Assembly: GCA_038217285.1 (NCBI GenBank)
Contig: JBBQPO010000001.1
Span: 5,841 to 69,840 of the forward strand
Direction: 5' to 3'
DNA length: 64,000 nucleotides
From: Chthonomonadales bacterium
GTDB taxonomy: Bacteria > Armatimonadota > Chthonomonadetes > Chthonomonadales > Chthonomonadaceae
Made by a program: the position numbers and the translations under genes. The notes under the pieces were generated by a model. The model was not told the DNA's origin, did not search any database, and was given only the letters and a program-made list of their open reading frames with translations. Shown one piece after another: positions 34,504-43,402 of this stretch. Each line of letters starts with the position of its first letter. Position 1 is the first letter of the stretch.

Positions 34504-34947
34504 ATGTCTCAGGTCGTCAGTTTGCGCCTGCCGGATGCGACGGCGGAACGCCTGAAGATGAATGCGCGGCGAACCGGAAGAACCGTCAACGAAACTGCCG
34601 CACGCTCTCTCGAAGAGTGGCTGCGACAGGAAGAGTTCGCCGACATCGAGTTTCGCAGCTTCAATGGCGAGCGCCATGCCTGCCTCAAAGGCGCGCTTCC
34701 GGTCTGGCAGTTCATTATGGTCGCAAAAGACCACGACATGGACGCGGACAGGACGGCGGCCTATTTCCGATTTCCGATCCCTCGGGTGAAAGCGGCTTTT
34801 CATTACTATGAAGCCTATCCGCACGAGATCGATTCGGTGATTGCCGACAACGACGCCATGACATTCGACAAACTCAAGCGCCTTCTGCCGCAGTTGGAAG
34901 GCATCGCGGTACCGCCGTCGGTGTTGGATGGCGAGAGCGCCGCGTAG
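34504..34947 (+). CDS. Putative antitoxin: ribbon-helix-helix (CopG-like) N-terminus fused to a DUF433 domain
   Basis: SLRLPDATAERLKMNARRTGRTVNETAARSLEEWL is RHH-like. The central and C-terminal part (GERHACLKGALPVWQFIMV...PRVKAAFHYYEAYPHEID) is DUF433-like. The stop overlaps the downstream GTG (TAGTG). Confidence 0.7.
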   Translation: MSQVVSLRLPDATAERLKMNARRTGRTVNETAARSLEEWLRQEEFADIEFRSFNGERHACLKGALPVWQFIMVAKDHDMDADRTAAYFRFPIPRVKAAFHYYEAYPHEIDSVIADNDAMTFDKLKRLLPQLEGIAVPPSVLDGESAA

Positions 34948-35327
34948 TGTTGTCGCTGTTGCTGGACCAGCATATCTCCGTGGAGATCGCCGAACAGGTG
35001 CGGGCAAAACGGCCGGAGATTCCGATTCGGAGCCTTTATGAGTGGCGCAACGGCGCGTTTATAGGGGCCGCCGATCCGATTATTCTGCAGGCGGCTGCAG
35101 CCGAGAGTCTCACGCTGGTCACCTACGACCGCCAGACTATTCCGCCGGTTCTACGGGAATGGGGAATCTCGGGCATCGCTCATGGCGGTGTGCTCTTTGT
35201 GGACAACCGTACGATAGCTACCAACGATTTCGGACGGCTGATTCGCGCACTGATCTACTACTGGGACCGTGAACAGAACAACGGTTGGGCGAATCGGATC
35301 GGGTTTCTGCCTGCTCCTCTCGGATAA
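34947..35327 (+). CDS. DUF5615-family PIN-like (Mut7-C-like) putative toxin
   Basis: 126 aa. The N-terminal LLLDQHIS acidic motif and overall size fit DUF5615. Pairing with DUF433 is a recurrent predicted TA arrangement. Confidence 0.65.
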   Translation: MLSLLLDQHISVEIAEQVRAKRPEIPIRSLYEWRNGAFIGAADPIILQAAAAESLTLVTYDRQTIPPVLREWGISGIAHGGVLFVDNRTIATNDFGRLIRALIYYWDREQNNGWANRIGFLPAPLG

Positions 35328-35417
35328 TCGGCATAGACCAGGGCGTTGCAGGGAAGAGGGCAGAGGCGCCTGTGTGTACCGCGTGTACGGAGGCACAGGC
35401 ACATCTGCCCGTGCGGC

Positions 35418-37343
35418 TCACCGGTAGGCGGCGGCCTGGAGATCGAAGAGTTCGGCGTAGGTGCCGCCCAGGGCGAGTAGCTCCTCGTGGGTGCCGTTCT
35501 CCTTGATACTGCCGTCCTCCAGCACGAGGATTCGATCCGCGAGTCGGACGGTTCCGAAGCGGTGGCTGATGAAGAGCGCCATCTTCCCGGTGGTCAGTTG
35601 CTGCATCTGCGCGAAGATCTCGGCTTCGGCGCGTGCATCCAGGCTGGCGGTCGGCTCGTCGAGGATCAGCACCTCCGCATCCCGCATGAAGGCGCGGGCC
35701 AGCGCCACCTTCTGCCACTCGCCCCCGGAGAGCTGGACGCCCTCGTCGAACCAGCGGCCGAGCGTGGTGTCGTAGCCGCTCGGCAGCCGCGCGATCATCT
35801 CCGCCGCTCCGCTCTTGTCCGCCGCCTCCTCTATCCGCACGCGATCCTCGACATCGCGGATCCGCCCCACCCCGATATTCTCCGCCGCGCTGAAGAAGTA
35901 GGTCACGTAGTCCTGAAAGATCACGCCGACCGCCAGCCGCAGCGACTCCAGGTCGTACTCGCGAATGTCGCGGCCGTTCAGGAAGATCACGCCCTCGCCG
36001 GGGTCGTAGAGGCGCGTGAGCAGCTTGACGATCGTCGTCTTACCCGCTCCGTTGCGCCCTACCAGCGCGATCGTCTCGTCCAGAGCAAGGGTAAAGCTGA
36101 CATCGTTCAGGGCAGGCGCGCTCTTATTCGGGTAGGTAAAGCTGACGTTGCGGAACTCGATGCCCGATTCGAGGACGGGCGGAAGCGCGAGGGCGTCGGG
36201 TCGATTGCGGATCCTGGGCTCATAGTCGAGGTAAGAGAAGAGGTTGTTGAGATAGAGCCCGCCCTCGTAGAGCGAGGAGAAGCTGCCGAGGATGCTCTGA
36301 AAGCTGGACTGTACGCTGCTCACGGCCTGCGTGTAGAGGGTCAGATCCCCAAGCGTCAGGCGGCGCGAGATCGCCTGCAGAGCGACATAGAGAAACGTGC
36401 TGCTGGTCACCAGGGTCGTGAGGTTTCCCCAGAGGAAGCCCATCAGGGCGCGGCGGGTGAACAGCGCCTGATTCTCGCGGTAGAAGCGATCCGCGATCTC
36501 TTTCCAGCGCTTCAGAAAATGACGGCCCAGTCCGAAGAGCTTGATCTCCTTGTTGTAGGTGTCTTTGGTCAGCAGGTCGAGGAAGTAGCCCATACGGCGG
36601 CGGTCCGGTGACTGTCGGCGAGCCTGCATGAAGCCGCGCCAGCCGTAACGTGTGCTCGCGATGAAGCTGGGGATCGGAGCCACCAGCGCCATGGCGGCGA
36701 CACCCGGCCCGAGCCGAGCCATCAGCACGATCATCGAGAGGAAGGTGATCAGCGAGCGCACCAGGCTCAGGAGTTGCTGCACCATGCCGATAGGGCGGTA
36801 CGACGCCTCGCTCTGCGCCTGCTGGAGGGTGTCGTAAAACTTGGGATCTTCGAAGAAGGCGAGGTCGAGCCGGTTCGCATGCTCCATGATCGTGAGCTGG
36901 ACGCGGATGCCGGTCAGCTCCTGCAGACCCTGCTGCACGATACTCTGTGTCACCTGCAGCAGCGCACTCGCCAGCAGCAGCGCCAACTGCGTACCGACCA
37001 GGACCATGACCCAATGGACCTCCGCCGTGCGCCCTCCGACGCTCGTGGCGGCGACCACCGCATCGATCAGCAGCTTGGTGACCCAGGCGGTAGCGGTGGG
37101 GATAGCGCCCCCAATAACTGCCATCAACGCCAACCCGACCGTGAAGCCCCGATGCGCTCCCCAGACCAGCCCGAACGCGCGCGGCAGCCCCGAGAGGATC
37201 ACGCGCACATTCTCCCGAGATCGCTTCCACTGCTCCCGTAACGACAGCGGAGCCACTTCTTCCGGTCCTGCCTTGGGCGGCGGCGCGCCCTCTCCGCGCC
37301 CGACGAACTGCGGACCCTCCTCACCCCCTCTGCGTTGACGCAT
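35418..37343 (-). CDS. ABC exporter, fused permease/ATPase (MsbA-like type I exporter)
   Basis: N-terminal 6-TM domain. Walker A GRNGAGKTT, signature LSGGEWQKV, Walker B LILDEPTASLD. Confidence 0.88.
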   Translation of the reverse strand: MRQRRGGEEGPQFVGRGEGAPPPKAGPEEVAPLSLREQWKRSRENVRVILSGLPRAFGLVWGAHRGFTVGLALMAVIGGAIPTATAWVTKLLIDAVVAATSVGGRTAEVHWVMVLVGTQLALLLASALLQVTQSIVQQGLQELTGIRVQLTIMEHANRLDLAFFEDPKFYDTLQQAQSEASYRPIGMVQQLLSLVRSLITFLSMIVLMARLGPGVAAMALVAPIPSFIASTRYGWRGFMQARRQSPDRRRMGYFLDLLTKDTYNKEIKLFGLGRHFLKRWKEIADRFYRENQALFTRRALMGFLWGNLTTLVTSSTFLYVALQAISRRLTLGDLTLYTQAVSSVQSSFQSILGSFSSLYEGGLYLNNLFSYLDYEPRIRNRPDALALPPVLESGIEFRNVSFTYPNKSAPALNDVSFTLALDETIALVGRNGAGKTTIVKLLTRLYDPGEGVIFLNGRDIREYDLESLRLAVGVIFQDYVTYFFSAAENIGVGRIRDVEDRVRIEEAADKSGAAEMIARLPSGYDTTLGRWFDEGVQLSGGEWQKVALARAFMRDAEVLILDEPTASLDARAEAEIFAQMQQLTTGKMALFISHRFGTVRLADRILVLEDGSIKENGTHEELLALGGTYAELFDLQAAAYR

Positions 37344-37503
37344 CGTGAACCCCCTCGCCGTAAACGTGGTCAGGACTCTATGGAGCCGGACCTTCTCCTG
37401 TCATCCGAAAAGAGCCGTCTTTTTGTGTACAGGGATAGATATTACCACGGCACGGTGTTTTCGCCTGAGTATCCGTGATTTGATGCAGTCAGAGGAAGGA
37501 GGT

Positions 37504-37920
37504 TCAAGAGGGAAGATGCAGGACAACGTTGCCGGACTGAACGGTGACCGGGAATGTCTCGACGACTGCCTCCGTTTCGGCGCTTTCGAGAGGATCGACG
37601 GTCACCTCGTAGGCACGCACGCGTACCTTCTGGGGGCTGCAGACCGAGCGCCCTGTGGTCACATCGAACTCCCAGCCGTGCCAGGGGCAGCGGAGTATCT
37701 CGCCTTCGCGGGCCCAGATATATTCGCCGGGCTGCGACGGCAGGGCCGTTCCCTTCACGCTTCCCAAGCAGAGCGGAGCGCCCTGATGCGGGCAGCGGTT
37801 CCGCAGCGCGTAGTAGACGCCGTTCACATTGAACACGCCTATGGAGATCCCGTTCACCGCGACGATCTTGCGCTGTCCGGGCCCGATCTCCGCCGTCGAG
37901 CCCACCACATATTTTGCCAT
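37504..37920 (-). CDS. Rieske [2Fe-2S] ferredoxin-type protein
   Basis: CPHQGAPL...CPWHGWEF. I chose the start MAKYVVG at 37920 (RBS AAGGGAG). Confidence 0.85.
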   Translation of the reverse strand: MAKYVVGSTAEIGPGQRKIVAVNGISIGVFNVNGVYYALRNRCPHQGAPLCLGSVKGTALPSQPGEYIWAREGEILRCPWHGWEFDVTTGRSVCSPQKVRVRAYEVTVDPLESAETEAVVETFPVTVQSGNVVLHLPS

Positions 37921-37934
37921 CTGTCCCGGCTCCC

Positions 37935-39023
37935 TTATAGTCCGTACCACTCACGTGCATTGGCTTCGAAGATGCGATGATGCAGGGCTTCCGGCAGCTT
38001 CGGAAAGGCGTGCGACGGCGAATCGAAATCCCAGTGTGGATAGTCGGACGAAAACATCAGCAGATTTTCGGCATCCATCATCTCCAGCATCTGCAGGAAA
38101 TGTCTGTCATCCTCGGGCCGTTCCAGTGGCTGTGTGGTAAAGCGAACATGATCTCGCAGGTAGGCAGACGGGGGCCGCTTCACCCAGGGAACCTCCGTGC
38201 GCAGCGCTTTCCACTCCGCATCCAGCCGCCACATCAAGCCGGGAATCCACGCGGTGCCCCCTTCCGTCAGCACCACGCGGAACTTCGGAAACTTTTCGAA
38301 GACGCCTTCGGTGAGCAGAGAGACCAGATGCGCCTGGAAGGCCAACGAGAGACAGGTGTGCCACTCGATATAGTGCGTCGGAAAGCCGGGCGAGGGCTGC
38401 ACATTGATCCCCATCCCGTCTGTACCGGGATGGATCGCGAACGGCAGATCGTGTTTCGCGCAGGCTTCGTAGATCGGATGGTACTGGCGCTGGCCGAAGG
38501 GAGCGCGTGCGCCCGAGTCCGTCATGACCTGCACGAAGTGCGGGTGGCCCGCCCAGCGCTCGATCTCCCGTGCGGCCGCGTGAGGGTCCTGATGAGCCAC
38601 GGTGATCGAGCCTTTGAACACGCCATCCGCATTGTATTTGTCCAGCCAGGTCTCCGCCAGCCAGTCGTTGAAGGCCGCAGCAATGGCCGTGCCGAAATCG
38701 GGATCGGGGTGCAGATTACAGAAGGAGCGCGGCAGTAAGATGGCATGGGCCATGCCGTGCTCCTCCACGAGTTGTGTGCGCAGGAAGTCCGGGTCGCTTC
38801 CCGCCCCTCCCCCGCCCGGCGGGTTCGAATCCAGTCGCGCGCCATGCACAGGATTGCCGAAGAAGCCGCGCCCGCCCCCGTTCCAGCGGTCCCGAAACGG
38901 CATCGGCATATGCGCCTTGATCTCCGCCACGCTCCTCGGGCCGGGATGCACATCGCAGTCGATGATCCCGACACGGCGCTCGCGCGTCGGGCGCGCCTCA
39001 CGTTCCGACAAAAATGTGGTCAT
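37935..39023 (-). CDS. Amidohydrolase-2 (ACMSD-like) family metal-dependent hydrolase/decarboxylase
   Basis: I chose the start MTTFLSEREA at 39023 (RBS AGGAG; ATGA overlap with the upstream gene). IIDCDVHPG metal-binding motif. Confidence 0.75.
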   Translation of the reverse strand: MTTFLSEREARPTRERRVGIIDCDVHPGPRSVAEIKAHMPMPFRDRWNGGGRGFFGNPVHGARLDSNPPGGGGAGSDPDFLRTQLVEEHGMAHAILLPRSFCNLHPDPDFGTAIAAAFNDWLAETWLDKYNADGVFKGSITVAHQDPHAAAREIERWAGHPHFVQVMTDSGARAPFGQRQYHPIYEACAKHDLPFAIHPGTDGMGINVQPSPGFPTHYIEWHTCLSLAFQAHLVSLLTEGVFEKFPKFRVVLTEGGTAWIPGLMWRLDAEWKALRTEVPWVKRPPSAYLRDHVRFTTQPLERPEDDRHFLQMLEMMDAENLLMFSSDYPHWDFDSPSHAFPKLPEALHHRIFEANAREWYGL

Positions 39024-39937
39024 GGTTCCCTGACTCCTCTTTCCGAATGGGCTTTTGTGGCCTGCTCGTCCGCCTCTTTGTAGATTCCAGCGGTGCGCAG
39101 AGGAATCGCGGACAGGTCGAAGTCCGGCTTGAACTCCTCTGCCAGACGCACGTTTCGGGTGATCTCCTCCGGCCAGCGCGCGCCCACCAGCGCGGTATGT
39201 ACACGGGGATCGGATAGCACGAAGCGCAGGCAGACCTCGTAGGGATCCTGCGCCGCCAGCCATGCGGGCGCCAGGTCGCGAAGTATACGCTGCAGAATAC
39301 CGCTGGTCATCGGACGCATGATCGCCACGCCCAGATCCCCCTCTTTCGCTTTCGGCAGCGCCTGTTCCGCCGCCTGATGATTGAGAAGGTTATAGCGCAA
39401 CTGCACCACATCGAAAAGGCCGGAGGCCATCAGCGGCAAGGCAGTGAAGGGCTCCTCGCAGGTGAAGCCCACAAAGCGCACTTTGCCCTCGTCCCGAAGA
39501 TTGGTCAGCGCCTCCAGCGGGCCATTCTCCAGAATGTGGCGTGTATCGGCCTCCGTAAACATGCCGCCGTGGAACTGGACGATATCGACGGTGTCGCGCC
39601 GCAGTCGCCGCAGCGAAGCCTCCACACTGGCACGCACCTCCGTCGCGCCGACTCCCTGCCAGGGGCATTTGGTCGCCAGCGTGTAGGCCGCCTGAACGCC
39701 TTCCAGGGCCTCGCCAAAGATGCTCTCGGAGTTCCCGTCTCCGTAGCCGGGCGCGGTATCGAAGTAGTCGATCCCACACTCCACGGCCGTTCGGATCGTT
39801 GTCAGCGCCATCGCGCGTCCCTCGGGCGTGAAAGGGTTCCATCCCGACGCTTCGTTCACGCCGCCGAACGGAAAACCGCCCAGGCCCAGGCGCGTCACTT
39901 GCAGATTAGTTTTACCGAATCGGTTCGTTGGCAGCAT
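39020..39937 (-). CDS. Aldo/keto reductase
   Basis: 305 aa. GIDYFDTAPGYGDGNSE and overall AKR pattern. Confidence 0.85.
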   Translation of the reverse strand: MLPTNRFGKTNLQVTRLGLGGFPFGGVNEASGWNPFTPEGRAMALTTIRTAVECGIDYFDTAPGYGDGNSESIFGEALEGVQAAYTLATKCPWQGVGATEVRASVEASLRRLRRDTVDIVQFHGGMFTEADTRHILENGPLEALTNLRDEGKVRFVGFTCEEPFTALPLMASGLFDVVQLRYNLLNHQAAEQALPKAKEGDLGVAIMRPMTSGILQRILRDLAPAWLAAQDPYEVCLRFVLSDPRVHTALVGARWPEEITRNVRLAEEFKPDFDLSAIPLRTAGIYKEADEQATKAHSERGVREP

Positions 39938-39963
39938 GTTTCCTCGTCTCTGTTCCGTGGCAC

Positions 39964-40590
39964 CTAGCGGGCGGCCAAAAAGTAGTTGTCGTGTCCGGGA
40001 ATCACGATATCGGCGATCTGTGCGAGGGCTTCTATGGAGCGGGTGGCGAGCTCGAAATCTGCGGAGTTGAAGTAGCCACGCCGGTCGTTCCAGAAGTCAC
40101 GGTTCATCGCGGCATCGGCGGCGATCACGACGGAGCGCCCCTCGCAGTCGAAGCGCAGGCTGTGATGGCTGAGACTGTGTCCCGGAGTAGGGAGGATCTC
40201 TACAGCGTCGTAGAGCAGACCGGTCTGCGCTTCGACCGCCCTGTCATACTGTCCGGAACGATTCAGGATGTCGGCGACAGGAGGAGCGGCCCACCATTTT
40301 GCGTGCGGAAAGTGCTTCAGGCCGAAGTGATGATCGCCATGTTCATGGGTCATGAAGACCGCATCTATCTCTTCCAGCTTGCACCCGGTGCGCCGATCCA
40401 ACTCCGCGCGCATCTGCGCTTCATCCTGTAAAGAGGGGTCTACCAGCAGTCGGAAGCCATCGCCGGTCACCAGCGTACAGGTGCAGATTGCGGATCGATA
40501 CGCCTGTTCGTCTCGCTCGCCCCAGTACCGGTTTCGAGAGATGTTGCCGATGGTCACGATGTCCCAGCGAACGATGTCAACGTGGCTCAT
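39964..40590 (-). CDS. MBL-fold metallo-hydrolase
   Basis: HEHGDHH motif; 208 aa. Confidence 0.85.
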   Translation of the reverse strand: MSHVDIVRWDIVTIGNISRNRYWGERDEQAYRSAICTCTLVTGDGFRLLVDPSLQDEAQMRAELDRRTGCKLEEIDAVFMTHEHGDHHFGLKHFPHAKWWAAPPVADILNRSGQYDRAVEAQTGLLYDAVEILPTPGHSLSHHSLRFDCEGRSVVIAADAAMNRDFWNDRRGYFNSADFELATRSIEALAQIADIVIPGHDNYFLAAR

Positions 40591-40660
40591 TATATCTCCT
40601 CATGGTGGGATAGTGTCCGTCAAATGTCTGAGAAAAACTCTGCCCTGGCAGGCTGGTCGA

Positions 40661-42811
40661 TCAGGCTTTGAGGCCGTTGGGCGCCAGGGGCAGGGTATAC
40701 AGCGGCTGGCCGGTCGCATTGAAGAGGGCGTTGCGGATGGCGGGCGCGATGACGACGATGGGCGTCTCCCCTGCCCCCTGTGAGGGCAGGTCTTTGCGAT
40801 CCACGAGCACGATCTCGATGGGCGGCACGTCGGCGAAACGCGGGACGCGGTAGGCGGCCAGGTGCGGATTGAGAATTTTGCCCTGCTCGAACTGAATGGC
40901 CTCGAACAGCGCACCCCCCATGCCCATCACGAGCGAACCCTCCACCTGATTTTGCAGATGCAGCGGGTTGACGATCGCGCCGCACTCGAAAGCCGCGACG
41001 ATCCGTGTCACCTGCACTTTGCCGGTAACTCTCTCGACCATAACCTCCACACAGCCGGCGACATAGCTTCCCTTTTCCGTGCCACAGGCCAGACCATAGC
41101 CACGCCCAGGGGCAGCGCGCCGCTTGTCCCAGCCAAAGTGCGTTGCAGCCGCTTCCAGCACGGCGCGCAAACGCGGATCTTCGAGATTCTTGAGGCGAAA
41201 GGCGAGCGGATCGAGCTTGACGGCATGGGCCAGGTCGTCGATATGCGATTCGCGCGCGAAGTGGTTGGCGGTGGCGGCCAGACCACGATAGGAGCCTTCG
41301 CGCAGCGGCGCCTGAGTCCGATGGAAATCGGCGCGCTGATCGGGAACGGCGTAAGGGGCGCGAATGCCGGACGGCCCGGAATTGTAGTTGTCGAACTCCC
41401 AGTGCGTCAGGGTTCCATCGGCCTGCGCCGTTGCCTTGACGTCGATGACCCCTGCCGGCCGGAAGTAGGCCCAGGTGAACTCCTCTTCCCGCGTCCAGAC
41501 CAGTTTGACGGGTTTGCCCGCCGCACGGGCGAGCCGCGCCGCTTCGATGGCGACCTCGCCGGTATGCTTGCCGCCATAGCCCGACCCAGTATCCGGAACG
41601 ATCACGCGCACACTGCTTTCCGGCACTTTGAGCGCTGTCGCCAGGTCGCTGCGCACACCGAAGGGACGCTGAGTGCCGGTCCAGACCGTGAGACGATCAT
41701 CCTTCCACTCCGCGACCGCCGCGCGCGGTTCGAGCGGGGTGTGCGCGATATAGGCGACCGTGTACGTCGCCGCTATGGTGGAACCGGTCGCAGCAGGATC
41801 GGACGCCTTCGCCTCTCCCGTTTTCCCTGCCTTCGCGCCCGGTCGTAGCTGCTCGTAGAGAGTCTGACCGGACGGCTGGGCAACGGTCTGCCAGTCGGCT
41901 TTGAGCGCCTCCAGCGCGGCGACCGCTTCGTGCATCGAGGGCGCCGTGATGCCCACGAAGTCGCCCTCCTGCACGACGGTGACGCCGGGCATCGCTTTCG
42001 CGGCCTGCGCGTCGAGGGAGTTCAGCGTGGCATGAAAGGCCGCAGGGCGCAGGATCTTGCCGTACAGCATTCCGGCACGTTTGACGTCGGTCGTATACTG
42101 GTGGCGGCCGGTGACGAAGGCGCGGCCGTCCGCTTTGGGCGTGGATACTCCCATCACCTTCCACTCGGCAGTCGGAGTCAGCGCGATGTCGGCAGGGATC
42201 GTCTGCGTCAGCTTCTGGCCTTTGACCAGCTCCCCATACGTGACGGTGCGATTCGTGGCGACATGATGGATCTTGCCTCCTCTGGCCGTGAGGGCGCTGC
42301 GGTCGACCTGCCACTGGGCGGCGGCAAGATCGAGAAGCGTCTCGCGCGCGGCGGCGGCGGCTTTGCGTAACTGGGGGATCATGGTCGGCGTGGTTCGACT
42401 GCCGAAGGTGCCCATATCGTAGGGCGTGAGGTCGGTATCTCCCAGCACCATCTGCACGGAGCCAAAAGGTACGCGCAGCTCCTCGGCCACAGCCTGCGCC
42501 AGGGAGGTGCGGGCGTTCTGCCCGACCTCGACCTTACCGCTATAGACCGTCACCTCGCCATTGGCCGCAATGTGCAGCCAGGCTCCAATGGTCTGCGGAG
42601 TGGACGGCCCCTGTCGGCGACTGCCGCCGCCGGACTCCTGGGCCTCTGCATCGGGCAGGGCGACCAGCAGCAGAAGGCCCGCGCCCACCGTACGCAACAG
42701 CTCTCGGCGAGACAGAAGCGAAGGCGCATTCGGACTCGGGCGACCGGCGGCGGACAGAGCCACTGCCTCCTGCGGCTCCGGTTCCGGCAGTAGTAGCGGT
42801 CGGCGGCTCAT
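40661..42811 (-). CDS. Molybdopterin-dependent hydroxylase large subunit (xanthine dehydrogenase family, IorB-like)
   Basis: I chose the start MSRRPLLL...SRRELLRTVGAGLLLL (Tat-like) at 42811, with ATGA overlap to the 2Fe-2S subunit. Aldehyde-oxidase/XDH-like sequence throughout. Confidence 0.8.
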   Translation of the reverse strand: MSRRPLLLPEPEPQEAVALSAAGRPSPNAPSLLSRRELLRTVGAGLLLLVALPDAEAQESGGGSRRQGPSTPQTIGAWLHIAANGEVTVYSGKVEVGQNARTSLAQAVAEELRVPFGSVQMVLGDTDLTPYDMGTFGSRTTPTMIPQLRKAAAAARETLLDLAAAQWQVDRSALTARGGKIHHVATNRTVTYGELVKGQKLTQTIPADIALTPTAEWKVMGVSTPKADGRAFVTGRHQYTTDVKRAGMLYGKILRPAAFHATLNSLDAQAAKAMPGVTVVQEGDFVGITAPSMHEAVAALEALKADWQTVAQPSGQTLYEQLRPGAKAGKTGEAKASDPAATGSTIAATYTVAYIAHTPLEPRAAVAEWKDDRLTVWTGTQRPFGVRSDLATALKVPESSVRVIVPDTGSGYGGKHTGEVAIEAARLARAAGKPVKLVWTREEEFTWAYFRPAGVIDVKATAQADGTLTHWEFDNYNSGPSGIRAPYAVPDQRADFHRTQAPLREGSYRGLAATANHFARESHIDDLAHAVKLDPLAFRLKNLEDPRLRAVLEAAATHFGWDKRRAAPGRGYGLACGTEKGSYVAGCVEVMVERVTGKVQVTRIVAAFECGAIVNPLHLQNQVEGSLVMGMGGALFEAIQFEQGKILNPHLAAYRVPRFADVPPIEIVLVDRKDLPSQGAGETPIVVIAPAIRNALFNATGQPLYTLPLAPNGLKA

Positions 42812-43290
42812 CGCTTTGCCTCCTTCGGCTGGGCCTCGGCGGCCGCTCGCACGGCGTGCACAATGCGGCGGTAGGTGCCGCAGCGGCAGACGTTGCCGTT
42901 CATACCGCGAATGATGTCCTGATCGGTCGGATGGGGCGTTTTGCGCAGCAGGCCGACGGCGGACAGGATCATGCCGGAGGTGCAGTAGCCGCACTGGAGA
43001 GCGTCGGCATCGAGGAACGCCTGCTGCACCGGATGGAGGCTGCCCCCGTGTTCGAGGCCTTCGATGGTCAGCACCTGCTTCTTGGCGACGGAACCGATGG
43101 GGGTGATGCAGGATCGGGTGGGCTGTCCGTCGATCAGGACGGTGCAGGCGCCGCACTGGCCTTCGCCGCAACCGTAGTGCGCGCCGGTCAGGTCGAGATC
43201 GTCGCGCAGGACGCTGAGCAGACTGCGCTCCGGAGCGGCTTCAACGGGATGAACGCTCCCGTTGACGTGAAGTTCGTGTCGGGCAAGCAT
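42808..43290 (-). CDS. (2Fe-2S)-binding small subunit of the molybdenum hydroxylase (IorA-like)
   Basis: CGEGQCGAC and CGYCTSG...CRCGTY motifs; 160 aa. Confidence 0.88.
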   Translation of the reverse strand: MLARHELHVNGSVHPVEAAPERSLLSVLRDDLDLTGAHYGCGEGQCGACTVLIDGQPTRSCITPIGSVAKKQVLTIEGLEHGGSLHPVQQAFLDADALQCGYCTSGMILSAVGLLRKTPHPTDQDIIRGMNGNVCRCGTYRRIVHAVRAAAEAQPKEAKR

Positions 43291-43402
43291 GGAGTGCTCC
43301 CTTCAGCAGGGCGGAGAGACGAATTAGCCGAAGGTCAGGCTTACTCTATAGACGAACTCCACGGCACAAAGTTAGCACTTCGCCCCCAAATTTGACGCCT
43401 CG

